A DNA stretch of 62,575 bases from a virus (taxonomy: Duplodnaviria; Caudoviricetes): positions 1-62,575 of the IMG/VR virus record IMGVR_UViG_3300006751_000011; one strand, given 5' to 3'. Positions 17,225 to 26,316 of this stretch are shown piece by piece (the stretch's first letter is position 1; the number at the start of each line of letters is the position of its first letter). The notes under the pieces are model-generated. The model did not search any database and was not told where the DNA came from. It was given only the letters and a program-made list of their open reading frames with translations. The translations under genes were made by a program, and so were the position numbers.

Positions 17225-18096
17225 TGGACACCAAAGACAAAAATAAACTGCTCTTTGCGGAACAACTAAAATTAATAGAAATAGAGATTTTTTCCTATTG
17301 CAATAGAAAATGCTGGTTTTGTCCTAATTCTTTTATTGATCGTCTTTCTCAAAATCATATAATGGACGAGAAAGTTTATCTCGATCTCTTGAATCAACTA
17401 AAAGAAATTGACTTTTCTGGAGAATTGACGTACAGTAGATACAATGAACCAACATCCAACCGGGAATTGTTTTTAAAGAGAGTGAATCAAGCACGTCAAA
17501 TACTCCCAAAAGCAATACTGAGAACAAACACGAATGGTGACTACATCACCAGAGAATATGTGGAAGAGTTGTGTGACGTTGGTTTTAATCAACTTTGGAT
17601 TCAGCAGTACCTCGGTAATAATGAAAGATATGACCACGAAAAGATGCGCCAGCGCTCCGAGGCTAAGATAAAGAAGCTTGGATTATCATCACAAGTTTTG
17701 ACAGATATTCCAGGCTATAAATTAGAATATGATATATCATACAATGGTATGACTATACATATAAGATCTAGGAATTTTGAGATAGACGGCTCCAGCAGAG
17801 GCGATTCTATAGAACTGGCATCGGAATATACTAGAACACAAAGATGTTTACAAGTTAGTCAAAATATGTACATTGATTACAACGGAGCGGTTATGGTGTG
17901 CTGCGCGTTGAGATCAGATGTACCAGGGCAGGAATCTGGAGTGATGGGGCACATTGGGGAGGACAAACTGTGGAATATATATGCTAGTGAAAAATATGAA
18001 CCCTGGAGAAAACATCACAGCGGTGATGGACCCAAGGAAGGGTTTTGTAAATCCTGTAAGGACAGTGTAAAGATTGAACCAGAGGTATCAGAGTGA
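17224..18096 (+). CDS. Radical SAM protein with a SPASM/twitch domain
   Basis: CNRKCWFC, YNEP and TNGD. C-terminal C..IDYNGAVMVCC..G.I..CKSC. Confidence 0.9.
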   Translation: MDTKDKNKLLFAEQLKLIEIEIFSYCNRKCWFCPNSFIDRLSQNHIMDEKVYLDLLNQLKEIDFSGELTYSRYNEPTSNRELFLKRVNQARQILPKAILRTNTNGDYITREYVEELCDVGFNQLWIQQYLGNNERYDHEKMRQRSEAKIKKLGLSSQVLTDIPGYKLEYDISYNGMTIHIRSRNFEIDGSSRGDSIELASEYTRTQRCLQVSQNMYIDYNGAVMVCCALRSDVPGQESGVMGHIGEDKLWNIYASEKYEPWRKHHSGDGPKEGFCKSCKDSVKIEPEVSE

Positions 18097-18932
18097 AAAT
18101 TTTAATTATTCAAGAGAACGGTAGGCACGAGGCAAACAAACATTTTAGAGAATGCTTTTGTATGCAGAGATCTCTACAAGCACTGGGTCACCAAGCAGAT
18201 GTGTGGGGGTTTGGTCATGACAACTTTTCACAAACTCCGGATTGGGACGCATATGATCTCATCTTAAACTTTGAAAACTATGATACGACGGGCTGGTCAC
18301 CGAATCTATCACATACACAGAGCCCGAAGAAATTCTTATGGAGCATTGATGCACACTGTGTTGGGCTCCAACCATTCCTGAATACTTATCACAACGGTAA
18401 TTATGATTTGATATTACAATCAACTGAGGATTTTGTTGAGGAGAACAGCGTATGGTTTCCAAACTGCTATGACCACACTCTGATTAAACCCTCGGCGCCC
18501 AAGAGCACATTCTTGGGCTTTTGTGGTTCTATGCTAAACAGAAAACCGCTCCTTGATTACTTGTCCAACAATTATGATCTGAGACAGGACATATGGAAGC
18601 TTGGAGATGAGATGGTGAGAACAGTTTCATCATATAAGATTCATTTCAATATTAATCTCGCGAATGATATTAATTACCGAAGCTTTGAAACAATTGGCTG
18701 TGAGACACTGTTGTTGACTAACTATAATCCTCAATATGAGAAGCTAGGGTTTATCCACGGAGAAAACTGTCTTATGTACACAGACCAGCAATCTTTATTT
18801 CGTAGTATTGAAGCTTGCCAGATTGATCCGGACTTGGTTACATCAATCTCACGAAATGGTTATATTCTGTCAAAACAGCACACCTACGACGAACGCGCCA
18901 AAAAACTTTTATCCATTTATCAGGAGTGTTAA
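18093..18932 (+). CDS. CgeB/Glyco_trans_1_2-like glycosyltransferase
   Basis: GFCGS..NR, YKIHFNI..DINYRSFE, LLLTNY and HTYDERA. Confidence 0.75.
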   Translation: MKILIIQENGRHEANKHFRECFCMQRSLQALGHQADVWGFGHDNFSQTPDWDAYDLILNFENYDTTGWSPNLSHTQSPKKFLWSIDAHCVGLQPFLNTYHNGNYDLILQSTEDFVEENSVWFPNCYDHTLIKPSAPKSTFLGFCGSMLNRKPLLDYLSNNYDLRQDIWKLGDEMVRTVSSYKIHFNINLANDINYRSFETIGCETLLLTNYNPQYEKLGFIHGENCLMYTDQQSLFRSIEACQIDPDLVTSISRNGYILSKQHTYDERAKKLLSIYQEC

Positions 18933-18933
18933 G

Positions 18934-19839
18934 ATGAAGCGAGCGATTGTTACCGGAGGTGCGGGGTTCATTGGAAGTCATATAGTTGACAGGCTGTTGG
19001 ATACGGGAGTTGAAGTCGTGGTAATCGATAATGAATCGTCTGATTGTCACGAGGCTTTTTATTGGAACGACCGTGCTGAAAATCATAAGTTAGACATTTG
19101 TGATTACGCTAGTGTCTCTCCACTTTTTGAGGGCGCCGATGCAGTCTTTCACCTTGCAGCCGAAGCTAGAATTCAGCCTGCGATAAAAAATCCTCTTCTT
19201 GCGGTAAGGGTAAACGTCCTAGGGACTTGTAATGTCCTTCAGGCGGCTTATACTTGGGGTGTGAAGCGACTCATTTACTCCTCCACTAGTTCAGCCTACG
19301 GTCGCAAAAACCCCCCACCTCAGCGCGAGGATATGGCGAAGGATTGCCTCAATCCATATTCTGTTTCAAAGACTTGCGGAGAAGAGTTGTGCAAAATGTA
19401 CAACAATCTATACGGGCTTGAAACAGTTAGTTTTCGTTATTTTAATGTTTATGGCGAACGTCAGCCGACCAAGGGACAATATGCTCCGGTCATTGGTTTA
19501 TTTGCCAAGCAAAAAGATCAGGGGAATCCTTGCACAATCGTTGGGGATGGTCTTCAGCGCAGAGACTACACTCACGTTTCAGATGTCGTCCGAGCAAATA
19601 TATTAGCTGCGACAACAGAGGACCAGTCAGCGTTGGGGGAACTGTTTAATATTGGGACAGGAAAAAACTATAATATTTTTGATTTAGTTGATATGATAGA
19701 TAATCAACACACGTTCATCCCATCCCGCCCAGGGGAGTCTAGAGAGACGTTAGCTGATATTACAAAGGTGACATCAGTCCTTGGCTGGCAACCCGAAGTA
19801 ACTTTACAAGAATGGATAAAAAAGTCAAGAAACATTTAA
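18934..19839 (+). CDS. NAD-dependent nucleotide-sugar epimerase/dehydratase (extended SDR)
   Basis: TGGAGFIGSH, HLAA, SSTSSAYG, YSVSK, RYFNVYG and GDGLQRRDY. Likely start ATG 18934 with an AGGAG SD. Confidence 0.93.
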   Translation: MKRAIVTGGAGFIGSHIVDRLLDTGVEVVVIDNESSDCHEAFYWNDRAENHKLDICDYASVSPLFEGADAVFHLAAEARIQPAIKNPLLAVRVNVLGTCNVLQAAYTWGVKRLIYSSTSSAYGRKNPPPQREDMAKDCLNPYSVSKTCGEELCKMYNNLYGLETVSFRYFNVYGERQPTKGQYAPVIGLFAKQKDQGNPCTIVGDGLQRRDYTHVSDVVRANILAATTEDQSALGELFNIGTGKNYNIFDLVDMIDNQHTFIPSRPGESRETLADITKVTSVLGWQPEVTLQEWIKKSRNI

Positions 19840-19888
19840 ATTTTTTTGCAAAAATGATTACAATATAAGATAAGAAAGGAGAATAAGA

Positions 19889-20083
19889 ATGAAATTATCA
19901 GATCAGGCATTGACTGCCATAATGACAGCTCTACAAAAGTGTATTTTGGAACAGACCGATATTGTTCCGATCCTTAAAGGTTTTGAATTTGATAAAACTT
20001 CAAAACGATGGGGTGGTAACGGTGAGCTTGTTGTTAATAACACTCCGACATTTTCACCAAATGTTGCGTCGGATGACAATTAG
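19889..20083 (+). CDS. Small hypothetical protein
   Basis: 64 aa, AAGGAG SD. Confidence 0.7.
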   Translation: MKLSDQALTAIMTALQKCILEQTDIVPILKGFEFDKTSKRWGGNGELVVNNTPTFSPNVASDDN

Positions 20084-20346
20084 TGCCGAAGTATGTCTAT
20101 GAATGTTCTTCCTGCAAAGAAACAATTGAGATCCGCCATTCAATAAAAGAAAGAATGGAAGACTGCTCTCTTTGCGAAGAATCTAAGACATTGACTCGGA
20201 TCCCGTCCGTGCCGCTAATAGTTAAAAGCAAACCTATGAATAATGGCGCGAAAGCTGGCGAAGTCGTTAAAGACTTCATAGAAGATGCGAGAAGAGAAAT
20301 CTCTTCAGAGAAAAGAGATTTACAGAAGAGGGAATACGAAGGATGA
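20083..20346 (+). CDS. FmdB-family zinc-ribbon protein
   Basis: MPKYVYECSSC...CSLC...LTRI. Confidence 0.85.
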   Translation: MPKYVYECSSCKETIEIRHSIKERMEDCSLCEESKTLTRIPSVPLIVKSKPMNNGAKAGEVVKDFIEDARREISSEKRDLQKREYEG

Positions 20347-20525
20347 CATTAACAGAGTGGTATTTAGGGGTGAGTGTGTTTGCTAATTGTGCGCTGGGGT
20401 ATAAGATATATACAACTCGTAAAACTATCAAGGAAGTGATCACGTTAACATCTGAATTAGAAAACTTGTCGGAAGCCACATCAATAGATATAAAAAAGCT
20501 AAAAACTACGGCTGGTGAAAAATGA
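20343..20525 (+). CDS. Small protein with an N-terminal hydrophobic helix
   Basis: ATGA overlap; WYLGVSVFANCALGY followed by a charged helical tail. Confidence 0.55.
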   Translation: MTLTEWYLGVSVFANCALGYKIYTTRKTIKEVITLTSELENLSEATSIDIKKLKTTAGEK

Positions 20526-20857
20526 TGGAAGTATTTTTTGGTTTATTGTTGCTCGCGAGCCTCGCTGTCAATACAATATTAATTTGGTATATTAAGAGGG
20601 TCGTAGCAAGATCGTCGGTCGTCTATGACGCCACAAACGATATACTTGGGGCTCTGGGGGATTTTACAGAGCACCTTGATTCCATAGATGAACTTAGAGC
20701 ATTCTACGGAGATCCAGATTTTAAGAGCATTTTAGAACACTCTAAAGCCATTACAGAAGACGTTGCGAATTACCGTGATGGATTCATTTTTGAAATAAAA
20801 GGGGGAACGCTTGAGCACATCTACGGCACAAAAGAAAACGCGACGGAAGAAGAATAA
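20522..20857 (+). CDS. Single-pass membrane protein
   Basis: VFFGLLLLASLAVNTILIWY transmembrane helix followed by a helical domain. Confidence 0.7.
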   Translation: MMEVFFGLLLLASLAVNTILIWYIKRVVARSSVVYDATNDILGALGDFTEHLDSIDELRAFYGDPDFKSILEHSKAITEDVANYRDGFIFEIKGGTLEHIYGTKENATEEE

Positions 20858-21521
20858 GTATTATTACTTCACCCAGGTCCACGAAGACGCGATTGTTAAA
20901 TATGCCCTGACTACAAACCGAGCAGAAAGAGAAGTTCTATACGGTGAATTTATTGGACCCGTGTTTAATGAGATGGTTGACAAGATCGTCTATACTTATA
21001 AATTCACAAATTTGCCAAACATTGATTTTCTTAAGGAAGAATGTAAGACTTGGCTAACAACGATTTTAGATAAGTATGATCCAAATAAGGGATCAAAAGC
21101 TTTTTCATATTTCAGCGTGATTACAAAGAACTGGTTTATCCACAAGGTTAAGAAGCACGCGACCAAGCTCCGCCGCGAAATCGCTTATGATTCTGTCGTC
21201 AAAGAGATTGAACAACAGGGGATGTCAACAGATGATTCATACGCCAAGACTCGCGAAGACGCAGAGTTCTGGCATTTTCTGTGGAAAGAAATTGATAGTT
21301 GGGATACCGGGACTCTAAAGCCAAATGAGGAAAAGGTTTTGAACGCGGTAAAAGAATTGCTATCAAGTTGCGATGAGATAGAAATTTTTAATAAAAAAGC
21401 TATTTACTTATATCTTAGGGAATTGACTGGTTTAAATACAAAGCAGGTCGTCAACAACCTGAACAAACTGAGATTAAAATATAGGCAGTTTAAAACAAAA
21501 TGGAACGAAGGCGAGATATAA
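20811..21521 (+). CDS. Phage RNA polymerase sigma factor (T4 gp55-like late sigma)
   Basis: KYDPNKGSKAFSYFSVITKN matches the sigma region-2 pattern of gp55-like proteins. A C-terminal HTH-like YLRELTGLNTKQV is present. The gene lies just upstream of the structural module. Confidence 0.75.
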   Translation: MSTSTAQKKTRRKKNKYYYFTQVHEDAIVKYALTTNRAEREVLYGEFIGPVFNEMVDKIVYTYKFTNLPNIDFLKEECKTWLTTILDKYDPNKGSKAFSYFSVITKNWFIHKVKKHATKLRREIAYDSVVKEIEQQGMSTDDSYAKTREDAEFWHFLWKEIDSWDTGTLKPNEEKVLNAVKELLSSCDEIEIFNKKAIYLYLRELTGLNTKQVVNNLNKLRLKYRQFKTKWNEGEI

Positions 21522-21817
21522 AAGATTTAGATTCACACCTGGAAGAAGCAATAAAGAATATCCGCGATGACAGAGCAGTCACTTCTGCCCTGCTCGCGGA
21601 TATTATGGTTTTCCTCAAGAAGAATGAACAAAATCATAAAGAGGTCGGCGCAACAGCTGCGAAGTATGTTGAAACACTTCAGAGATCTAACGAGCAACTT
21701 GTTAAAGTCGCCGCTCTGATCCAGAAAAAAGAAACAGCCCGCCGCGAAGGATTGACGGAGAACGATCGCCAGGATATTTTTGATATTATTGGCTCGGAGG
21801 TCACAACTGATGGCTGA
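21500..21817 (+). CDS. Hypothetical helical protein
   Basis: 105 aa, coupled to both neighbours. Confidence 0.65.
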   Translation: MERRRDIKDLDSHLEEAIKNIRDDRAVTSALLADIMVFLKKNEQNHKEVGATAAKYVETLQRSNEQLVKVAALIQKKETARREGLTENDRQDIFDIIGSEVTTDG

Positions 21818-24800
21818 AGATCCAAATCCAAATCCGCTTGCTGATATTCGATACGGAGATTTGAATGATATTCGTAAGCCAGTTATTCGCCGCCGCCTCC
21901 CGAACATAAAGGGTAATTCTTTTGCTGCCATGACAGTAGCAGCTGCGGACTCTTATAAACCTAACGCTCTTGCAAGCGTAGGACAATTTAAGGGGGTCGT
22001 TCTTCGCGTCGAAAACGGACCTAGCACAGAAAATCAAAAGAATCAACCAGGCGGCTGGTTTGAAAGCTTCTTTAAGGATAAAACATCCGACGTTGAGATG
22101 CTTATAGAAATTAAAGTCCGTGTGCCGGAAATACATTCTATGCTCCCCACACCATCTGCTCTTGGTTCTGAGACTGACGATGCCAATCGGCTTATAATAG
22201 ATATGTACCCAACATTTGTGGCTCAATCCACAGCGGTACAAGTACCAGAGCCTGGAGATCTCGTCTGGGTTGACTGGGGAAACAGAAAAAATTGGTCAGA
22301 TCCGTATTATGTCCGACCCGTGAAAGAGGTCGGCGCAGACGGTTCAGGCAAAGGCGGCGAGGGCGCAGCTGCTGCGCATGGCGACTGCTCTGGTAACTCA
22401 TATTCGGCGAAACCTCCATCGGGCGACTCCGTGGCAGGCAGTAACGCCCATACATCAGCTCATACTGGATTGCCTAGGTTGAAAAGGAACAGCAAACCGA
22501 AGGGTGATCCGGTGCTCATAACCACTCATGGAATCCCCGCAGCCGAGCTTAAAGCGAATATTAACCCAGCCCGTACTGCCCAGTGGAAAAAAACAATGCT
22601 GAAAAACCTTCCCCCTGGTAGAAGCTGGATTGGACCATGTGTACACCAGGGGAAGAACTACCGTGCGACGGAATCTCGTTCTAATATTATATGGTACAGC
22701 AATAGTACAGATTTCAAACAGCCTTGGGAATTAATATATTTCTTTCACGGATTAGATGAGTTTTCAGCTCACACCTTTGAACAACAAATCGCCCCCCAAG
22801 TCTCTACGATGGTTTCTCAAGGGAGAAATTTTGTTCTTGTTATGCCAGAACTTCCGTGGGCAAAAGCGTATGGAGGCAAGGGTCAAGGCACTGCCTTTAA
22901 AAAAGATAAATTTGCTCTCTATCATAAAGAGGCATTAGAACGCCTCGCCGCCCTCTATGGCGAAGAAGGCTTCAAACCCTCGCCTGCTTACATCGCAGTC
23001 CACGCCCACAGCGCCGGCGGCAGCGCATTAAAAAATATTATAGAAGATCTTAATAAAGAGGTCAAGCCAAATAGGATTTTCTTGTCTGACTGCGATTATT
23101 ATAAAATAACCTCTCGTATTTTGAAGGATATGGCGAATGGCGCTGCTGACAAAAACCGTTGGGTGACTTGTATAACCACTAAAGGAAAGACGAGAAAAAA
23201 CACTAATGATGCATTTAAAGCATGGGGTGATAAACTAAAAGATTCAAATGTATTCAAGATAGAGACAAACAAAAAACACTTCTGGTGCGGCGCGAATTGT
23301 TTGATAACGATATCTGATGAAATGATAGAACGTCAGAAGAAAAAAGATGTTAAGACCGCCGAGAAGGCAGCAGAAGCCAAGCCGAACGATGAACAAGGCG
23401 AAGAAAACAAAACAGTTGTTGACGAAAAAGGAGAAAAGGAAGAAAAGGCAACTGAAACCCCCATTGAAAGTATTCCTAAAAAAGATCCATCTGGCGAGAG
23501 TCCCCCACCACAAACGCCTCCTACCGCCGCATCTAAACAATCAAAAGAATCGGACACTCCTAAAAAGCCTGATTTTAAATCGGTGCCGGCTGTAGAATAT
23601 CAGGAAAATAGAGTTCGCACTAAAGAGTATGGCGGCTCCCTTGTTGGCGCCGCCGCCGATAAATTATTAGAAGAGGTTGAGCCAGGGGTTAAATTACATA
23701 AGCTTGTAGCTGTCAGATATCGGGCATTTAAAAAAGCTGCCATAGAGGCGGGCTTCCCTAATTTTAAAATTTCTTCTGGTTGGCGACGACATCGCTGGAA
23801 AGACCGCGCACATTATGAAGCGACCCTTGAGAAGAAATATGGTTCTATTAGCGCAGGCAAGGGCTGGCTCGCATTCGCATCTCCTCACGAGACTGGGATG
23901 GCACTAGATGTCAAAGCACACGGTGTGTACGCATCATATGGCGGCTCAAAAACAGCAAAAAAACAGAAGAAGACACCGTTGTTTGCCTGGATGAAAGCAA
24001 ACGCACATAGATTTGGTTTGACTCCATATAAAAAAGAACCTTGGCACTGGGAATGTCGTCTCCCATATGATTCATATGCGTCTGGGGTGGAATTCACAGA
24101 AGACTTTGCCATTCGTGTTACCCACACCGGAGGTAAAAACGCTCAGCTACCATCTGGTCCAAGTACGGGAGGCGGAGGCGGTGGAGGTCGCTCTAGCACC
24201 CCAGGCGCAGGAAAAAGGTGCGTTCGCACTGGCGGCGGCGGCGGTCATAATGCGGCACCACCGGGTCCTTATACACCGGGAAAACCGTTTCCCGTATCAG
24301 GCGGAGGCTCTCTTGGAAAGAAGCTGAAATCTGGACCCCCTCCAGGCAACGCAGAACACTGGGGGAATCCAAAAAGAAACATGAAAGAGCTTAGACTATT
24401 TGTGTTACACGAAACAGCCGGCTGGCCAAATGGCACTGCGACGCTAAACAGAAATCTGGGAAAACGAAAATCTCACAAGGCTGTTCACTTCTGGGGCGCG
24501 ATTAATGGTGATGTTGTTCAGACCATACGCCCCGAACAGATTGCTCCGCACGCGAACAATACAAATGCGTACAGTTGCGGAATCGAGGTCTGCAACTTCG
24601 GCAATGCTGGTGGCGACTATGCCGCCAAGTGGGAACGCCGTCTCGCGATGGGAATGCACGTAGTAACTCATTGTGGTAGGGGGGACATCCCGACCGAGCC
24701 CGGTAAAGTTGTACCCTCGTCTTGGAAGCAGGGTAAAGCATACGGTGCGCAAGCCCTGCCATCCCCCCAACAATGTGATTCCGCTTGGAAACTTATAGTT

Positions 24801-25337
24801 TGGCTCTCAAAAAACCCACCAGCCATCAAAGACGGAATAACGTGGAGGAAAGGTGGCAAATCAGGCAAGCCGGTAATTAAAATTCCGATTACATTTCCTT
24901 GCGTCCCCGACAAAGATAAATTTTGGTGGTCTAAATGGAACGGCGGTCCAGCAAGAGTAGCACACGGAGAGTGGTTCGCGAAACACACGCCCGGTGGCAT
25001 TGTGGCACACGCACGCATTCACCAACATCATGACGGTCTTTGTTTGGAATATTATTGTCTCGCAAGAGCACGCGGCATGTCTGCAAATGTGGCTTATTAC
25101 GCAATGGTTGGAGCCCTGTGTTCTGGCGTCGCCGTACCCAGCAAGGGCGCTTGGACACCAACTCCCAACCCTGCCATGGTCGCCATCGGCAAGAAAAAAT
25201 TTAAGAAAGCCTGGTTTAAACAGAAAACTTCGAAATGGGTTGGCAAAAAGAAGTGGAAAGAATTGGCAGCAGCAAATCCTCAATGGTTCGCCGATCCAAA
25301 GCATCATGCTAATGCTGGAAAAAAAGGATACTCATAA
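21810..25337 (+). CDS. Baseplate hub/spike-like protein with alpha/beta-hydrolase, M15B (VanY-like) peptidase and amidase_2 domains
   Basis: N-terminal gp5/OB-like KVRVPEIH...PEPGDLVWVDW. Hydrolase FFHG...HAHSAGG. M15 SGWRR..SPHETGMALD..EPWHWE. Amidase FVLHET..VHF..HA...GIEV..VAH. Start ATG 21810 with a GGAGG SD. Confidence 0.75.
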   Translation: MAEDPNPNPLADIRYGDLNDIRKPVIRRRLPNIKGNSFAAMTVAAADSYKPNALASVGQFKGVVLRVENGPSTENQKNQPGGWFESFFKDKTSDVEMLIEIKVRVPEIHSMLPTPSALGSETDDANRLIIDMYPTFVAQSTAVQVPEPGDLVWVDWGNRKNWSDPYYVRPVKEVGADGSGKGGEGAAAAHGDCSGNSYSAKPPSGDSVAGSNAHTSAHTGLPRLKRNSKPKGDPVLITTHGIPAAELKANINPARTAQWKKTMLKNLPPGRSWIGPCVHQGKNYRATESRSNIIWYSNSTDFKQPWELIYFFHGLDEFSAHTFEQQIAPQVSTMVSQGRNFVLVMPELPWAKAYGGKGQGTAFKKDKFALYHKEALERLAALYGEEGFKPSPAYIAVHAHSAGGSALKNIIEDLNKEVKPNRIFLSDCDYYKITSRILKDMANGAADKNRWVTCITTKGKTRKNTNDAFKAWGDKLKDSNVFKIETNKKHFWCGANCLITISDEMIERQKKKDVKTAEKAAEAKPNDEQGEENKTVVDEKGEKEEKATETPIESIPKKDPSGESPPPQTPPTAASKQSKESDTPKKPDFKSVPAVEYQENRVRTKEYGGSLVGAAADKLLEEVEPGVKLHKLVAVRYRAFKKAAIEAGFPNFKISSGWRRHRWKDRAHYEATLEKKYGSISAGKGWLAFASPHETGMALDVKAHGVYASYGGSKTAKKQKKTPLFAWMKANAHRFGLTPYKKEPWHWECRLPYDSYASGVEFTEDFAIRVTHTGGKNAQLPSGPSTGGGGGGGRSSTPGAGKRCVRTGGGGGHNAAPPGPYTPGKPFPVSGGGSLGKKLKSGPPPGNAEHWGNPKRNMKELRLFVLHETAGWPNGTATLNRNLGKRKSHKAVHFWGAINGDVVQTIRPEQIAPHANNTNAYSCGIEVCNFGNAGGDYAAKWERRLAMGMHVVTHCGRGDIPTEPGKVVPSSWKQGKAYGAQALPSPQQCDSAWKLIVWLSKNPPAIKDGITWRKGGKSGKPVIKIPITFPCVPDKDKFWWSKWNGGPARVAHGEWFAKHTPGGIVAHARIHQHHDGLCLEYYCLARARGMSANVAYYAMVGALCSGVAVPSKGAWTPTPNPAMVAIGKKKFKKAWFKQKTSKWVGKKKWKELAAANPQWFADPKHHANAGKKGYS

Positions 25338-25340
25338 AAT

Positions 25341-26306
25341 ATGGGCAATAAAAAAATAACCATTAAGAAACCTGCTGTGGTCCTTAAGGGTGCAGATCCC
25401 CGCGCCCGCGCCAACTTAAGGAACTCAAGTGAGAATTCGACTGCGTCATCCAGGGGCATAGATGGTGACAATATTGTTGAGCCGGTGCCAAAATATATTG
25501 AGACACCAAGTGAAAAAATATTAAAAAATGCTAATAACTCCTGGGTTGTCCTAGGTCGCGACCGCCCTGGTCCAAGAAATAGCGGCTATGGCGGCGCCGG
25601 AGACACCCATGCCGCCAGTATCGATCTCGTCACCGGTCGCATGGCGCACAAAGCGCGAACAGTGGACTCCGCTACAGGAGAAACACTAAACGCAGATCCT
25701 GATTTTAAAATTGATGCCGCTAGAATATATATAAGTCAAAAAACAGATGTAGACAAGAATTTTGAATTAATACCGGGAAAGGTCGGCACGTCAAAAGCCC
25801 GCTCGGCAATTGCAGTCAAAGCTGATGGAATCCGGCTCATTGCGAGAGAAGGGATCAAATTAATTACATCTGAGGCTACAAAAAATTCTCAAGGCGGTGA
25901 TTTGCAGAGTTACGTTGGTATTGATATCATTGCGGGCAATGTTGACGATCCGAAGACCGGCACCGACCTACAACCAATGGCTAAGGGTAAGAATCTATCT
26001 GAAGCGCTACAACGATTGACCTTCCATGTTGAAAAACTTAATGGAATCGTTGACGCGCTTTTGATGACTCAGATGGAATTTAATAATGTTCTTATGGATC
26101 ATTGGCATCCGTCCCCGTTTTTTGTTGAACCAACAGCACCATCAATACCGGTTCAGATAACAGGGATACAAACCCAGGTTCATCTGTTGACAAAAGTAAA
26201 ACAATCCCTCGTGGCACATAAAGCTAATTTAGGAAGTTTCAAACGAACCTACTTAAACCAGAGCGGAAAAAAATATATTAATAGTCGTTTTAATAACGTC
26301 AACTGA
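25341..26306 (+). CDS. Putative baseplate central spike component
   Basis: Beta-rich core (AARIYISQKTD, AIAVKADGIRLIAREGIKL) and an HWH motif near the C-terminus; follows the gp5-like gene. Confidence 0.5.
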   Translation: MGNKKITIKKPAVVLKGADPRARANLRNSSENSTASSRGIDGDNIVEPVPKYIETPSEKILKNANNSWVVLGRDRPGPRNSGYGGAGDTHAASIDLVTGRMAHKARTVDSATGETLNADPDFKIDAARIYISQKTDVDKNFELIPGKVGTSKARSAIAVKADGIRLIAREGIKLITSEATKNSQGGDLQSYVGIDIIAGNVDDPKTGTDLQPMAKGKNLSEALQRLTFHVEKLNGIVDALLMTQMEFNNVLMDHWHPSPFFVEPTAPSIPVQITGIQTQVHLLTKVKQSLVAHKANLGSFKRTYLNQSGKKYINSRFNNVN

Positions 26307-26316
26307 GGGATACTAA

